Assembly (NCBI GenBank): GCA_041494685.1
Contig: JBGQBE010000027.1
Coordinates: forward strand, 1 to 41,282
DNA: 41,282 nucleotides
Reading direction: 5' to 3'
Source of the DNA: Dehalococcoidia bacterium
Lineage (GTDB): Bacteria > Chloroflexota > Dehalococcoidia > DSTF01 > JACRBR01
Both the position numbers and the translations under genes were made by a program. Position 1 is the stretch's first letter. Each line of letters opens with the position of its first letter. Under the pieces are notes generated by a model. The model was not told where the DNA came from and made no database searches. It saw only the letters and a program-made list of their open reading frames with translations. Shown here piece after piece: positions 40,605-41,282 of the stretch.

Positions 40605-41192
40605 GTGCTGATCGACCTTCACTGCCACACGAAGGTGCACTCCGCGTGCAGCGCGCTGACGCCGGACGCGCTCGTGCGCGCGGCGCAGGCACGGGGCCTC
40701 GGCGGCGTCTGCATCACCGAACACGATGCGCTGTGGCCGCAGGCTGACGTCGAGCGGATCGCCGACGAGATGCGCTTCGTCGTCCTGCGCGGCATGGAAG
40801 TGACGACGGAGGTCGGCCACGTCCTCGTATTCGGCATCCCGGACCACGTCCCCGAGATGGCGGTGCTCGCCACGCTGCATCGCCTCGTGCGCGCCGAGGG
40901 CGCGCTGATGTACCTCGCGCACCCCAGCCGCCGCTACGGTACGCTCCCGCCAGGCGACCTCTCGGCCTGCTTCGACTCTGTCGAGGTGCACAACGGCACC
41001 GAGGGCGTGCTGCAGAACGACAACGCCGCCCGTCTCGCGCGCGGACTGGCGCTGCCCGGCATCGGCGGCAGCGATGCCCACGCCGTGCGCGAGGTCGGCA
41101 TCTGTGCCACGGAGTTCGACGACGACGTGCGGGACGGATCGTCGTTCCTGGCCGCGCTGCGTGCCGGCGCCTACCGGGCGCGGCGCGTCTGA
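40605..41192 (+). CDS. PHP domain metal-dependent phosphoesterase
   Basis: IDLHCHT, ITEHD, GMEV..GH, AHP, GGSDAH. Confidence 0.9.
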   Translation: MLIDLHCHTKVHSACSALTPDALVRAAQARGLGGVCITEHDALWPQADVERIADEMRFVVLRGMEVTTEVGHVLVFGIPDHVPEMAVLATLHRLVRAEGALMYLAHPSRRYGTLPPGDLSACFDSVEVHNGTEGVLQNDNAARLARGLALPGIGGSDAHAVREVGICATEFDDDVRDGSSFLAALRAGAYRARRV

Positions 41193-41282
41193 CGATCGCT
41201 GTGCGCACGCCCCGCGCCCGTAGGCAAGCGTCCTCTTCTCGTCTCAGGTGTCATGAGAGGGTAGGAAAATGCTTCCGGCTCT

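Overview
High-GC bacterial chromosomal window, most likely Chloroflexota (Dehalococcoidia-like). This is inferred from the co-occurrence of an archaellin-like gene, a translin/TRAX-like gene, an LPXTG-type surface protein, a T-box leader and an rplU-rpmA-rpmE cluster. It is mostly housekeeping: hisF/hisI, L21/L27/L31, ftsH, rnhB, thrS with a Thr T-box, acsA, pyrD, tRNA-Pro(TGG), typA, rarA and ccdA, plus transporters, hydrolases and oxidoreductases. No integrase, transposase or CRISPR array was seen. The most striking item is an orphan archaeal-type flagellin (archaellin) gene at 10559..11134. It is preceded by a near-consensus bacterial sigma-28 (FliA/WhiG) promoter and by palindromic operator-like repeats, suggesting an archaeal filament subunit wired into bacterial flagellar-type regulation. 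Other notable items: a translin/TRAX-like nuclease next to two tandem FmdB zinc-ribbon paralogues, a DosS/DosR-like two-component pair with a membrane-anchored kinase, two copies of a heptamer-built palindromic intergenic element, a PyrD with Ser at the catalytic Cys position, a HAD pseudogene remnant, and signs of widespread leaderless mRNAs. All calls come from reading motifs by eye; no database searches were run. Several start codons were moved from the ORF track using RBS or promoter context.
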